64,000 nucleotides of DNA from Chlorokybus atmophyticus. Taxonomy: Eukaryota; Plantae; Mesostigma and Chlorokybus algae. The translations under genes were made by a program, and so were the position numbers. A model generated the notes under the pieces. The model was not told the DNA's origin. It worked only from the letters and a program-made list of their open reading frames with translations, and searched no databases. Shown one piece after another: positions 1 through 14,043 of this stretch. The number at the start of each line of letters is the position of its first letter. Positions within the stretch are counted from its first letter, which is position 1. The stretch lies in NCBI GenBank assembly GCA_009103225.1, contig RHPI01000560.1:107465-171464 (forward strand), given 5' to 3'.

Positions 1-1837
1 TGAGCTTTGAGAAGGGGGCTGTAACGGGTACAAGGCTCAAAAAAGCCTGAACTGAAGATGTGTTACCTGATGTTGAACCTTGTCACAAGACGTGTCGACA
101 CTACCGCGGGTAATGCAATGGATTCACTGTGCTTGTGTGCGAACTCAGGCTTGTCGCCTTGTGAGCAGCGTTGCGCAGATGGTTGTCATTGCTATGATTG
201 CGTGCGGCACTTGCCTTGTGTCGGAAAGACAGCAAATATGTTGGTTGTTTGTGGAAATGTAACGCGGTAATAATGCTGCTGCTACGTCCGATGTAGAGTC
301 TTGAGCTATGTGCACCAATGTACATGGGCTGTACACACGCGTGCTCGGTTGGCCTACACACCAGGCACGTCCGTAAACCACTGTAAACCATGACACATCC
401 GCATGCACTGCGTGGTGGCACCACGCACACGCACGCACGCGCACGCGCGCACACACACACACGCGCGCGCGCCATACTTAGCATGCGTGCGTTAGAACTT
501 TAGATGTTTTGTACATACACACCATCATGCTCGCCTCTTGCTCCGCTGGTCCTCTAAGAGCGGATCAGCAGGCTGGTACTCCTTCACGTGGCCGGCGTGG
601 CGTCCACCTCTGAAGTTGGCGGACCTGCATGATGGGAAACAAGACAGACATCACGCATACGAAACTCTGCAGGTGCTGGTATACGATCTTGACATGGGAC
701 GTGCTCGTGTCTTGCAGGGTATGCGCCGCGTGCTTAAGTCCCAGCATCTTCACGTTGTACACACATACACACGCGTTTGCGCATTACTGGGTTCGGCCGC
801 GTTGGCGGGACTGCGCCCTCCTTGCAATGAGCAATCTACTGTATGTACACGATTGTACTTTTGGATTCGAGTACACTGCGCCTTCTGCCATGTGCGGCGT
901 GGCAGGTGTGACGGTGGTTGTGATGCGTTTGATAGCGAGCAGTGCTGCAGTGTTTTGTAATTGTGGTAGCGAGCGACTGGCGTGTGACGCAACCATGTAC
1001 ACTAGTACATGGTAGCGTAAGAGATGCAGAGTGACAATACGCGCGTGCATGTGCAACAACCAGCAAGTCATGCGCAGCATGCTCACTCACCAGCATAGGC
1101 ATTGTGGTTCTGCAATGGACAAGGCTCTGCCCATTTCTTCGCGAAAGAGATGGGCAGAGCCTAGTAGAGCAAGCATCGGTGTGGTGATGCGGGTGTGTGA
1201 GGGCGTGAGTGCGTGGAAACCCGCTCGCGGCGAGTGAGTGGCGGAGTTTGTGATGACCTCATGTGGCTGTTGCAAGCGACTGCGACGAGCTGGGTGGGCG
1301 GGCGTGGCGGAGTAGTGTACATCAGTCCGGAAGGCCAATGCAGCATGCACTCAGTGTACTGTTTATGGCTGGTGTAACGTAAGAGTCCGCAAGCCTGTGG
1401 CTAAGCCTACGGCCTGCTAGTGGCACATGCTGTGTACTTGTGTGCATGCAGTAGTGGTTTGCTTTGTGGCAAGCATTGCCTGCTTACAACCACACTTGGC
1501 TAGCAGCAATGTTTAAACCCAGCCGGCAGTCATACGGGTGGGTGCACGGCGTGCATGAGAAAATGATTTGCAAGTAGCAATACACGCTCCACGTTGACTG
1601 TCATGTTGCAAGCGCAAACGTCACACAACAGAATTGTCACTCGCAGTCAACCCTTCCCACACGACTTTGACCCCTCTGTATTCCAAGCATTACATGCCCT
1701 GTACTACGCAGGGGCTACTAGCTATGGTAACCAAGCACCTGTACAACGAAAGCGGTGTACAACCCGCACGTGCACGCGACGTCTGCAAGCATCTACTACT
1801 GGCAGTGCCCCAGTCACACACACATTCTTGTAACTCC

Positions 1838-2465
1838 TCACTCCTCCTCCTCGCCTCCCTGTCCCCCGGACTCCTGCTGCTCCCTCCTGGCCGCACCCGC
1901 TGCGGGACCCCGCCCCTCCTCCTGCTGCAGCTGCGTGGGCACCTGGCCGCCCTCGGTGTACTTGCCCACCTGCTCAGGGTCCTCACCACGCCTCTGCAAG
2001 AGTGTGTGTGGTTGTAGGTGGGTGGATGACGCGCTCGCGTGCATGCATACGTATGTGCAAATGGTGTGCGTGTGCAAAGATGTCGTGCCACAACACCACA
2101 GTGCGGTCGCATGCTTGCCTGAGGTGAGTGTGAGGAGAGCTGCTGCTGTTGCAGCTGCTCACTCACTCACTCACTCACACTCTCGTGAGCGCAAACACCA
2201 GAAAGCATGCAACAGCCATCTTGAGCCCGGGTGGATACGGCTGACAAACACGCTACGTCATTCCAAGGACCAAAAGCGCATGGCACACACGACAGATGCA
2301 TCCCTTCTCCCAACCCACCTGCGCTGCGTACTCGTGTATCCTCTGTCCCCCCCTCGTCCCTCCCTTGTGGCCCCCCGCGCGGATGCGCTCCATGGGGTCC
2401 GGGTCCGCAGGACGACCTGTGGCAGGGTCGTAGTGGTAGCCCTTGTCGCCGCCGCCGCTGGACAT
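1838..2465 (-). CDS. Small (~100 aa) Gly/Glu/Gln-rich hydrophilin, LEA/KGG-like stress protein (2 exons)
   Basis: ATG at 2465. Exon 1 (2465-2319) encodes MSSGGGDKGYHYDPATGRPADPDPMERIRAGGHKGGTRGGQRIHEYAAQ and ends at a CAG|GTGGG donor. Exon 2 (1993-1838) follows TTGCAG| in phase 0 and encodes RRGEDPEQVGKYTEGGQVPTQLQQEEGRG...GGEEEE*. No Cys/Trp/Phe; GGHKGG motif. Confidence 0.6.
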
Positions 2466-3740
2466 GATGGCGGATGAGGCGGATGCGGTTGGAGGGTGGG
2501 TGAGGGTGCGGCTCGCTCTTGCGAATGTTTTGTTAACCTGCAAGGGAGGAGTACACACATAAGCAACGCCCTGTGTGCATCACTGATGCACACAAGCTTC
2601 TTGAGGTGCACTGCCATGATGTCTATGTGTGTGTGCGTGTATGCGTGTCTCTGTGGCACTATTCCAACAGCACGCCGTGCCTTGCGGCAACCCTTGGAAT
2701 GTGACCACGAGTACAGCGGCAGTGCAACCTGTCAGAACTTGCACGCGGAAGCAAGCAGCACACCGCTCTTACCTTGCCTTGGCTGCTCCGCAACTCAAAA
2801 CTTGCCTTCGGGGCGCAGCTTCCACCTCTTCAGGCAAACGAACAGTTGAGACAAGAGTACACAGGGCTTGCCTGCTGGTGCATGCAGTGCGGACGTCAAC
2901 GCTGCGGCCCCGATCTACACTGTACAACGTCAGAGGCAACGGCATTATTATCGCCACATTGCATCAGCAAAACGCCTCTAAAGAGCGCGACAGGCGTGCG
3001 TGCGTGCGTGCGTGCGTGCATGACACCTTTCACAAGCGCTGTTGCATGAGAAAGCGTACCCTGCTGCAGGCAGAGAAGGTCTGGGCTCCTGCCTGTCAGA
3101 CGCTGCCGCTGCAGAATGAAGAGAGGGGCCATTAAGTGCCAGAAGCAGAAGGCCCAGCAGGCTCAGAAGGCGCTGGCGGCTCCGCTCTGATTAATGACAA
3201 CACTTGAAGCCTAAGCACGCACGTGTCGTTCTCGCCACCTTTGCCTTGAAGGAGCGATGACGGAGCTGCAGGCTGGACTGCAACAATGTGTCATAGCGGT
3301 GATGGGCAGGCTTCGCTGCTGCCACATTCACACACCGACAATCAGACTGTTTGGATGGCAGTCCGCAAGCTGGCTTGCTGCTCACTGGGTCAGCGCAGGG
3401 TGTGACTTGATAGGCATATACATTACTGCTTACTCCAGTTGTACTTGAGCTCAAGTACAGCTGACATAACGCCACAAGGGCTGATGAAACGGAGAATGGA
3501 CTTGCTTGAATGTTAGTTGTTGACTCGCACAACGATTCAGCCATACGTGGGAGCTAATGTAACAACTGTTAAGACGAGTGCATTGGCAGACATGTGTGAC
3601 CTTGCATGCGTAGTCAAGCCAACATAGAGCTGCAAAATCAGGCATCACCCAAGAGCATACGTAAGGTGGCGAGCATACTCTACTTAACCACATCTCTTAT
3701 GTTATGTGTACATGTACTTTACAAGCTGAGTGTGCCAATA

Positions 3741-5647
3741 CTACGTCTGCCCACCCTGGCTTTCCTGCAACTTCTTGCGTACGAGACCTTTGAAGAAGTC
3801 CAAACTGTTGCCATCCGGATGCAGCTCGAATGGCTTCCCGGCCGCATCGGTCGCAAGAAGATAACCACTTTTGGCCAGACCCTGCAATAGTGGTACACAT
3901 AGCAACAACAATCAGCACACTGTTATGCACATCCAGGATAACAACAAGAAATAGAAAAGCAGATGCCTTTGCCAAAGGTTGGTACCTGCACTTCAAGCTC
4001 GACTTTCGAATGGATGCCTTTCTCACTGTCCTCTTCAAGATGGACCTTCTGCCCCGTATGAAGCCAGTACTGCAGGTACTCATCCTGGAAGGGCGTGAAC
4101 CCCTCTGTGTCAAACACGCGCAGCATGCTTTGCAACTCTGAGACAATCTCAGCAAGCAGTTCTTCCCTCTCCACTCCTCCCGCGTTGCCGTGCTTAAAGC
4201 CCGGGTCGCATAGCTTGTTCAGACACGTGGTAGGCTCTGTGTTGGACACGTTGAAGCCAACACCCATCGTGACGCGGAAGTGGCGGTGCCACGCAGAGAA
4301 GGTCGAGTGGCACAGCACACCGCCAATTTTCTGACCATCGTTGCTGTAGATGTCGTTCGGCCACTTAATCTTTATATCGGCGGGATGCGTGTATACCCTC
4401 TCTGTTGCCGACCGCGCTGCCTTCACCACAGCTAAGGATACCAAGTATTGAAGGAAAGGGAGAGTCCGGCCGTCTGCTACGAAGGAAGTGCAGCTGAACA
4501 TGAGACAACCCGGTGGGGAAGTCCACACATTGTCCCCGCGCCCTGTCAAACACAAGTTCTTATAGTGTGCTGCTAGTTGTGCTCACATTGTGCAATCGTC
4601 ACTCATCGCTGGCAAGCACAATGATCCTCACCTCGGCCGCTTTCTTGCACATCAGCTATACACACTGTTCCCGGGGGGAAGCTCTTGATATTCCTACACA
4701 ACAGCGTCAGTGACACAACCAGCGCACACCATGCTGCAAGCAAGATGGCAAGTGGCAACTTAGCATCAATGCTGTCTCTATCTTACTCTTGCAGGATGGT
4801 TTGCGTTGAGGGTAGCCGAGCAGCGACAAGCAGCGCGCGCCCCAGAGTGGGCAGACCAGTAGGCGTCATGAAACCAACTCCTTTGTTGTTGTTCTCGGTG
4901 GTTTGTTGCTCGTTGAGAGTGGGTGCCAAAGCAGCGAAGTACTTATCACTGTTGAACGCTGATTCAGGGCGCCCCTCAAGGCGCAACTCAACACCTGAGG
5001 ATGCATGGACTTATGAGACTTGCTTGCCGCGTGCCTTAGCATGAGAACTTATTCGCAAGTACATGTGTACAATTGCGCGAGATGAGAGCTTCAAACATTG
5101 CTAAACTGAAGATGATGCCTATTATGTGGAATGTAGCTCTACCTGAGTGCGCACACAACATGCCAGTACGAATGTCACACGCATGCGGGACACAGGCTTG
5201 TCAACGTAATGTGCTCTCTGTTTTGCTACAATAGTGCTCAACATGTATACCTGCTTCTTGACCATATTGCATGTAAAATGCAAGGGCATGGTTTCAACAG
5301 CTACAATGCACGAAAAGCAATCAATGCGAAATGATGGCAATGCTCGCCTAAGGCTCTGTATGGCAAGCACCTTCAGGCAGACTGGGCGGCTCCTGCAGCA
5401 GCAGTGAGCGCGCCACCTCCGCTTCGCCAGGCGACGCCGCAGCCAGCCACAGCTGCGTCACCATGGCGTGGGCAACACCAACACCAACACCAACACCACT
5501 ATCAGCCTGACATGTTGCTACTTGCTGGTAAGCAGCAGCAGCAGGTGGCCGACCACGCCGGCCTGGCCTGACAAAGCTGCCGCCTACCACCCTCCTCCCC
5601 ACTGCCGCCACCAACGCCGCCGTCACCGCCTGGCCCGCCAGCAGCAT
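3741..5647 (-). CDS. HCS1: Biotin--protein ligase (holocarboxylase synthetase), multi-exon, with N-terminal targeting extension
   Basis: Spliced translation gives STQTILQE, QESGRG|RGDNVWTSPPGCLMFS, IKWPNDIY, KIGGVL, GVGFNV and the plant-type C-terminus LHPDGNSLDFFKGLVRKK. Stop at 3743-3741. In-frame ATGs at 5692, 5647 and 5464. Confidence 0.95.
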
Positions 5648-5827
5648 GCGCCTTGAGCCCAAGCTTGGGCCAGACCAGACCAGGCCAGGCATGAGCGGAC
5701 TGCACTAGACTACCAGACCAGACCAGACCAGACCAAGCCGACAACCCTACATTGGCGGCGGCGGCGGGGGCGGGGAGGAGGAGATATGTTGGTGGTTGCG
5801 CAGTGGTAGAGCAGTAGCTTGCCAGCC
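5648..5827. promoter_or_regulatory. Compact head-to-head (bidirectional) promoter between HCS1 and RH22, with (GACCA)n repeats
   Basis: Divergent start codons lie only ~135-180 bp apart (5692/5647 on minus, 5828 on plus). Tandem GACCA units at ~5670-5735. Promoter function is inferred from position. Confidence 0.5.
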
Positions 5828-8800
5828 ATGCTTGCCTTGACGGCGGCGGCTGAGGCGATTGCGGGGAGGGCTGCCGCCGCCTCTTCCAAGAGCTGCGGCA
5901 GCAGCCTTGTCTGCGCCTGCTGCTGCCGCCGCCAGCTGAGCAGCGTTAGGAGTAGTAGTAGTAGCAGTTGCAGTAGCAGTAGCAGGCTTAGCCTTCACCT
6001 CACTAGGCCACGCTGGCAGTCGTTTGCTGCTGCCCCAAGCAAGCAGCTGCCGTTGCGCACAGCTACTTTTTGCTCTGCCGCCGCAGCCGCTGCTGCTCCT
6101 GGGGCTGGGACAAGGAAGGAAGCGGAGGCTACTAGAGACTGGTTCTATGCCGATCCTAGCGTGAGCTTTGAGAAGCTGGGTATCAACCCTGAGATCCAAG
6201 GCGCCTTGAACAGGTCTGGCTTTGAACGACCCACCCAAGTCCAGGTATGTGCGGTTGTGTTGGGTGTAGTGCGTTGCACAAAAGCGTGCTTGCTAACTAT
6301 GTGCATGCAAAAGCAGTAAGCATTAGCTGCATTGTGTCTTGACTTGGCAATTCGCACATAGTCTTGGCTGCTGTGTGCGCGGGCGCAAGTGCCATAGCAC
6401 GCCAATTTGGTCTACAGTGTAATTGCCGTGAGAACAGTTTAGCACGGCAGCAATGTTTTTTTTGTGTGTGCGCAACTGTTTTTATGCAATGCAGGAGTTG
6501 GCGTTTCCAGCCGTGCTCGCTGGCCAGGATGTCGTCCTGGCAGCAGAGACTGGCAGCGGGAAGACGCTCGCATACCTCGCGCCTGTCATGCAACGCTTGC
6601 TCGTCATGAAGGTCAGTAACCCGTACGCTTGAACTCACTTGCAATCCATTTTGAGACACCCCCTGAGGTTGGTCGCATTGTCCATGCTCACAGGAGTCAT
6701 TGACTGCTGCCGATGAGGACGAAGATGAAGATGAAGATGACGAGGACAAGGACGACGAGAAAGGGGATGAGGTTGACGAGCAGGGCGAGGTGGTGGATGA
6801 TTTCCGCAAGGCATCTCCCGCATGCGCGCTGGTGCTATGCCCAAATGGCGCGCTAAGCGAGCAGGTTGTGGCTGTCGGGCAGTCTATGCGGCACGCCAAT
6901 GGCACGCCGCTGCTGCGTATCGGGCTATTATCAGGTGGAGTGGTGAGTCTGGGTATGCTTTTGTTTGTGTTGTGTATGTCAATAGAGGTCATGTTGGCGT
7001 TGTGCCAGACCCAACACCACCATAGTGATGTTTGTATTGTGCTGGCACAACGGGGTGTTGAAGTGAATGTTTGTAATGTGCAGGCACCACCAATTGTGCC
7101 GTACGACGTAGTTGTAGCGACGCCGGCCGGGCTGCTGAACAACCTGTACTTTTATGATCGCAAGCGCAGGCGACGCAATGCCTTCGTTTACTCCGTGCGG
7201 CAGCTGGTGAGTTTGCATGCATATTGTACCAGCCCGCCTGTTCATGTTGGGCTGTTGTCCACACTTGGTGGGACCGACCTTGTAGGTTGAACACAACAAT
7301 TCATGTTACGCACAGTTGAGAAAGTTTGTCAAGTCACAAGTTTGCTTGTCATGAACGCTATGCTAACAGCACGCGTGTTCTCATGCAGGTGGTTGATGAG
7401 GCTGACATGCTGCTAGCTGGAGGCTTTGAGCGTGACACAATGAGAGTGATCACCATGTTGAAGCAAAGCGAGAGAGAGCAGGCTGCTGAGTTGTTGAATA
7501 ACGACGCCACGTCACGACTGCCACGATGGGACTCTTTGTATGTTGGCCTGTAGTGCATGCTTCTATCAATGCTTGTCTTGCCGGTTTTGTGACATTTGTG
7601 GCATGGCAGGGAAGCAACACGCAGCAAGCAGTACATTTTTGTGGCGGCAACCATGCCGGACGGCAGCAAAAAGTCCATTGGGGAGGTGTGTGACGCGCGT
7701 TTAGTAACTATGTGGCTTCGTGTTTCGGTTAACAGTTTCATGACACAGTTGTTGTCGGCAGATGTTGCGTTATCAGTTTCCTAATGCTACTTGGTTGAGC
7801 GGGTCGTTGCTTCACTGCCGCACCCCCAGCTTGCGTATGACATGGGTGGAAGTGAGTCCCGAAACCCACCGCGAGACACTGCTTGCAGCGGTGTCGTCTG
7901 CATACGCAACACCAGTGGATGCGGAGCCAGGTACGCAGAGAGATCGATAAGTAGATGAATGCCACTTGTTATGTGCAATGGCAACCATGTTGATCGGAAC
8001 ATTTGTCTTGCAACCAGTGCCACGCACCATTGTTTTTGCAAACACGTCGCGAACAGCCGAGTTCGTTGCCCAGGATCTCACAGAGGCCCTGGAGCAGGTG
8101 CCCATCTGGAAGTACCATAGTGAGGTACACACGCAAACCACTACTGCTGTTGGGTAATTTCTATGCCTTGCATGCACATGTTGCATGCGTTGCAAGGCTG
8201 ATTCACCAAGCGTGCAGGTGCCCATGCCGGAGAGGACCTCTGCAATCAGCAACTTCGCAGAGAAGGGCGGCGTGCTGGTGTGCACAGATGCGGCTGCACG
8301 CGGCCTAGATATTGATGCCATCCAGCATGTTGTCCAGGTAACAATCCATGATACTTATGTGTGTCCGTCTCTGTCGTGACTGTTGCTTTTTGTTGCTGAG
8401 ATTGAAACAGCTCTTACCACAAGGCACAAGATAATACAGTGAGTCCTTGGTGGCAGGCGGAGTTTGCGCTGAATGCTGTGGACTTTCTGCACCGCGTTGG
8501 GCGAACTGCACGAGCCGGTAGAGAGGGGCAGGTGACCAGTCTGTACACCGAGTTTGACGGGCCGCTTGTGGAAGCGGTGCGCACGGCAGCCGAGGCCGGC
8601 CAACCGGTGGTAAGCTGACTATATAATATATTGGTGCAAGGGTTCACACGTTGAGCAGCTTGTGTGAGGTTCACAAACTGCACTTCTTGTCAGGAGGGTG
8701 CTTTCAGCCGCAAACGCAGTTTTCGGAAGAAGCTTAAGAAATATGGGCCAACACGACGAGGTAGGCGCACAGATAGTGTTACACGCATTGAGTTTGCTTC

Positions 8801-8885
8801 ACTCTGTTCAGAAACCTTATATGTCATTCCTTGTGCAGGTGTTGCAGATCCTGCACGAGTTAAGCAAAGTCAGTCAAGCATGTGA
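5828..8885 (+). CDS. RH22: Plastid DEAD-box RNA helicase, RH22-like
   Basis: Ser/Ala-rich transit peptide, then Q-motif GFERPTQVQ, AETGSGKT, LVLCPNGALSEQV, VATPA, VDEADML, QYIFVAATMP, TIVFAN, VCTDAAARGLD, HRVGRTARAG and the RH22-type tail FSRKRSFRKKLKK. An acidic insert (DEDEDEDEDDED) lies between motifs I and Ia. About 10 exons with GT-AG boundaries; stop at 8885. Confidence 0.9.
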
Positions 8886-10747
8886 CGCTAGCTTTGTTGA
8901 TAACAACACATCATGTAGGTGTTCTGCTTCAACAGCCATGGATGTCTTGTGTGAGTGGAAGTGAATGTCCAGCCTTATGCTGATGCTGCTCGTGCGGAGG
9001 TCCTTAACCCTAATCCTGCGGGGTCCAGGCCTTTGCTATTGGCACGCATTGTGAAGATTGGTTTCATAGTGCGTGCGTGTTGTCATGGCATATAACCACA
9101 TGCTGATGGAGAAGCGCTTTGAAGTGTGTACATATATCCAAAGTACCACTGAGCATGCACCATGATGCCTCACACACATTCCATATGGCTTGCAGTCAAT
9201 CATACTCTACTACATCACATTACACACAATCCTTTTATAGTATACATATACTCACCTCACGCCCATGCATAGGTCACCACCGGGCTACATACTACATAGT
9301 ACTACCCCCCTCAATACCACCACTCACGCCCTATGTTGTTAGTCATGTGCGCAGGCATCATTGTCGCAACCTGCAACGCAGTCGCCCGCGTGTACAAACG
9401 GTGCATCGTACTATGATGCATTTGCATGATGCCGAATGCCGAATGCATCATATATAGATACCAAATGCTTCGCACTTCACACACGCGCACCTTTAACACG
9501 ATCACTAGGCCAAACCACGCTCACATTGCCTACTTCTCTACCTACTCTACCACTACAACTACCCCACCATGTTAGTCATGCATGCATGCATTTGGCAAAC
9601 TCAACCACATGCACCGCTGGTATGGTTGTGTGCAAAGTTATCCATGTCTGTCCATTGGTTCACAATTGCATTACACAAGACATGATATCGCGAGCACATG
9701 CTACAAGTTTCAATACGAGAGCTCAACGACGCTAAATATAGACGACAAATTAAATAGAATTAGGTGGTGTACCAAGCACAACCACGCGGAGCGTGGTTGT
9801 GCTTGGTAAGGCATGATAAACTTGTTTAACACACGCACTTCCAAACGTAGCAGAGAGAATAGTCGATGCATTCAGGTAGTGGGTTAAATATGCTCTTGCT
9901 AGTTGTTACATACACATGTGTACATATAACTTTGCGTGGTTGATAATGACGCATTGACGAACTCATAATTGTATGAATGGATTACATATAACAAAGCGTC
10001 AACATTTTGCATGTAATCATTAGCATCAACGCATGAAGTAATGCTCAACCCGATTGAAATGCCGATGACTCGTGGAGTTATCAACAATGAAATGCACCAT
10101 GCAAAGCAGCAAAAGCCACCGTGGTGATTGCAACGCATTGTCAGTAGGCCTACATGCGAACGGATGCACGCCTTACGTCAAGGTCGCTTATAAGAAGGGC
10201 TGCCTGATGCCCTATTCCAAACCGCCGCTGAGACGCGGATCCACGGCGGCAGAATCACGTGCCAGCGCCCCGCTGGCGTCACCGTTTCAAACACACCACA
10301 CACCCAACAGTGACACTGGTGAGCGTCACCCACCCACACCCCAAACAGCAAGCTCCATTTGGGGGTTCGCCCCGCCGCACCTTTCCCCAACTGCGCCGCA
10401 GCGCGCGTCCGCCCCCTCTCGTCGACTGTGACGCCAGCTCCACGTACGCCTGCGCCGCCGCTACGGCAACAGCCTTGCGCTCTGCTTGCAGCGCTGCTCA
10501 GTCAGTGAGGGGTGTCAAGCAGCTGGGGAAGGGTGATAAGAGAACCCTGTGCTCTCGGCATGAGCATCATCATCAGGTTGGCCGAGATAAAGCACCCAAG
10601 ACCATCTCTTCATCTCTTGTTGAGTCACGAGGCTGTTCAGCAAGTGCGTGAGTGTTGTGCAGCTGTAGTGCAGCGCTACTATTGAGAGTAGTGTAGTGTT
10701 GGGGTCACTGGTGGCTGCATTGGGGCTGGCACAGTGGGGCAGATGCG

Positions 10748-12381
10748 ATGGCGGCAGCGGAGCACCTGTGCGGGGCGGTAGAGCTGCCTGCCACTGCTGG
10801 GATCAGCGCGCGAATGAAGCCAAGGCAGCAGGTGGGGATTTTTCCATCCCGGGTTGGGCATGCTTTCAGCATCACAGCACGCGCACAAACTCATCTCACC
10901 ATACACCTTACTTGTGTTGCAACGATGACGATGATGATGATGATGATGATGATATTGGGGCATGTCAAGTAATGCAGTGCATCCGGCAGGCAATGCTCAC
11001 GCCTGCGGCAGATGCATGTGTTGGGGCAATCTCCGGCTGCGTGGAGGTGCTTCTTATGCAGCCTGCAGTGGCATGGAAAAACGCCCTTCAGGTATATACT
11101 GTGCACAAGCATACGCACTACCAATTCTGTCATGCTTTAGTGCTAGCATTGGCTGACCCACTCAATTGCGACACGATGCACAGGACGGATACACGTTGTC
11201 GCTGGCGCCACGAAACCTGTACCGCGGGCTGGGGGTGAACCTAGCGAGCATATCGCCCATCACGGCAGTGCAGTTTGGTGTCGACTCAGCCCTCGCTACA
11301 GCGTACACAAAATGTACACGCATAAGACATTGTCGGGGGTGATATGTGTGCACGCGTTCATGTGTATGTGTGTGCGCATGTGTCAGACACTGATGTCACG
11401 CTGATGTGTGGACAACTGTGTGTGCAGTGACTGGAATTGAAGAGGCGTCCCCAGTGACGCGCATAGCGTTGTCTGCGGCAGCTGGCGGGGCGTCCGCGGC
11501 GGTGTCCACGCCAGCGGAGCTTGTCATGATCCAGCAGCAGAAGGCAGGGGGAACGATGGGGGACACCGCGCGCAGAGTGGCACGGAGTTTCGGAGGCCAT
11601 ACGCTGTTCAAGGGCATGGTGAGTTGTACATATCATGGCACAAATGCGCAAGAAACAGGCATGGTCATGTCAGTTTGTTTCTGGCGTCCGTGCATGAACG
11701 CGTGCAGGTGTTGGAGTGTGCGCATGTGTGTGACCGACAACTGCCACGAACGCATACATAAATATGCCTGTTCATGTGCGCCCGTGGTTGTGAAGAGTGC
11801 AAGCACATGCTTGCGAGAGCATGTGCTTGCACTCTTATCTGCTTGGCTAAGTTCAGATGTGCACGCACATGCGCATGCATGCGTGACTTTGAGCAAGTGT
11901 GCATACATCCAATTCATGCGCACATGTTCATATGTGTGTCTGAGTACATGCATGCGGACTGACTCAAAATCTGTTGTACCCATGTTTACAGGCACCTTGT
12001 ATATTCCGTGAGAGCGTGTACACAGCAGCATATTTGGGTCTCAGTCCTCTGCTCAAGGAGGAGCTCATGGCCAACTCAAGGTTGTTTCAGTCAAGCCAAC
12101 AAGCAGCCTCTCTGGTTTCAGCATTGGTTTCAGGCGTGACGGCTTCACTGTTGACACAGCCCGCGGACACAATCAAGACGAGGATGCAAGCTCACTTGGG
12201 TCCTCATGAGCCATACAACACCACAAAGGAGACAGCGCAGAAGGTGTGGAGGGAAGGCGGCCTGCGGCTCATGTATAGTGGTATAGTGCCCCGATCCTTG
12301 CGAGTCAGTGTTGCAGTGCTGTGCTTGATGGAGTCCAAAGAGTTTCTGACGAATCTGGCAGTTAGCGCAAGGACAGCATAG
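10748..12381 (+). CDS. Mitochondrial carrier family (SLC25/MCF) protein
   Basis: Three carrier repeats across exons: QPAVAWKNALQ...LYRGLG, TPAELVMIQQQ...LFKGM, QPADTIKTRMQ...MYSGIVPRSLR. Stop at 12381. The first exon (ATG 10748, donor near 10831) is tentative. Confidence 0.88.
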
Positions 12382-12967
12382 GGCCATTCTTCAGTCATTG
12401 GGTTGTGCAAACTGTAAGTAGGTTGTAAGTTCTGGTAGGCCACAAGTGTACATGCACCACTATCACCCTGGCAACCGTTGGTGCAGCAACGATGCTACTA
12501 ATGTGTTGCGCGTAACTGCGGGTATGTATGCATTACAAGCAGAGTTCGGCAGTTTTTACCCACTATTTACACATGTACATGAGCGCATTCTGCACTTGAC
12601 AGTAGTGGTAGAGGTAGTGGTATTGTCAGTGCTAGAGTGCGGTAATTTACCCTAATGCATGGGTCGGCCCTAGGTAAGTGTGCAATCAATGCGAACAGCA
12701 TATATATATGCGCGTTGTAATTTAGCAGCTGGTGAGCTGGTGAGATGCAGGATATATTGAACATGTGAAGCACCGTTTGCATGTATGCAAGCACTTCCGT
12801 GCCGTCCCCCCCCCCCTTTGTACTCGCGCATGGCACATACACGCGACAAAGCAGTGCCACAAAGCATCAACTGCAACGCTATCACTGCTGTTGAGCAGTT
12901 TGGCACTGTGCCACCCCGCTGTGCGCACACATGCCAACAACTCATGCACTACCGATTGCTGCTACTG

Positions 12968-14043
<1,076 letters not shown>

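Noticed and set aside
1-50. Possible last exon of a plus-strand gene (SFEKGAVTGTRLKKA*)
   Set aside because: Too short and truncated by the window edge.
525-1160. Possible minus-strand exons (ALPISFAKKWAEPCPLQNHNAY; VKMLGLKHAAH...; HVKEYQPADPLLEDQRSKRRA*)
   Set aside because: Splice signals are plausible, but I could not join them in a consistent phase or recognise a family.
2600-3190. Overlapping plus-strand ORFs between the hydrophilin and HCS1
   Set aside because: No recognisable motif or consistent exon chain.
9004-9013. TTAACCCTAA telomere-like motif (also GTTAGGGTT at ~15185 and TAACCCTA at ~48640)
   Set aside because: Single isolated units, expected by chance; no tandem array.
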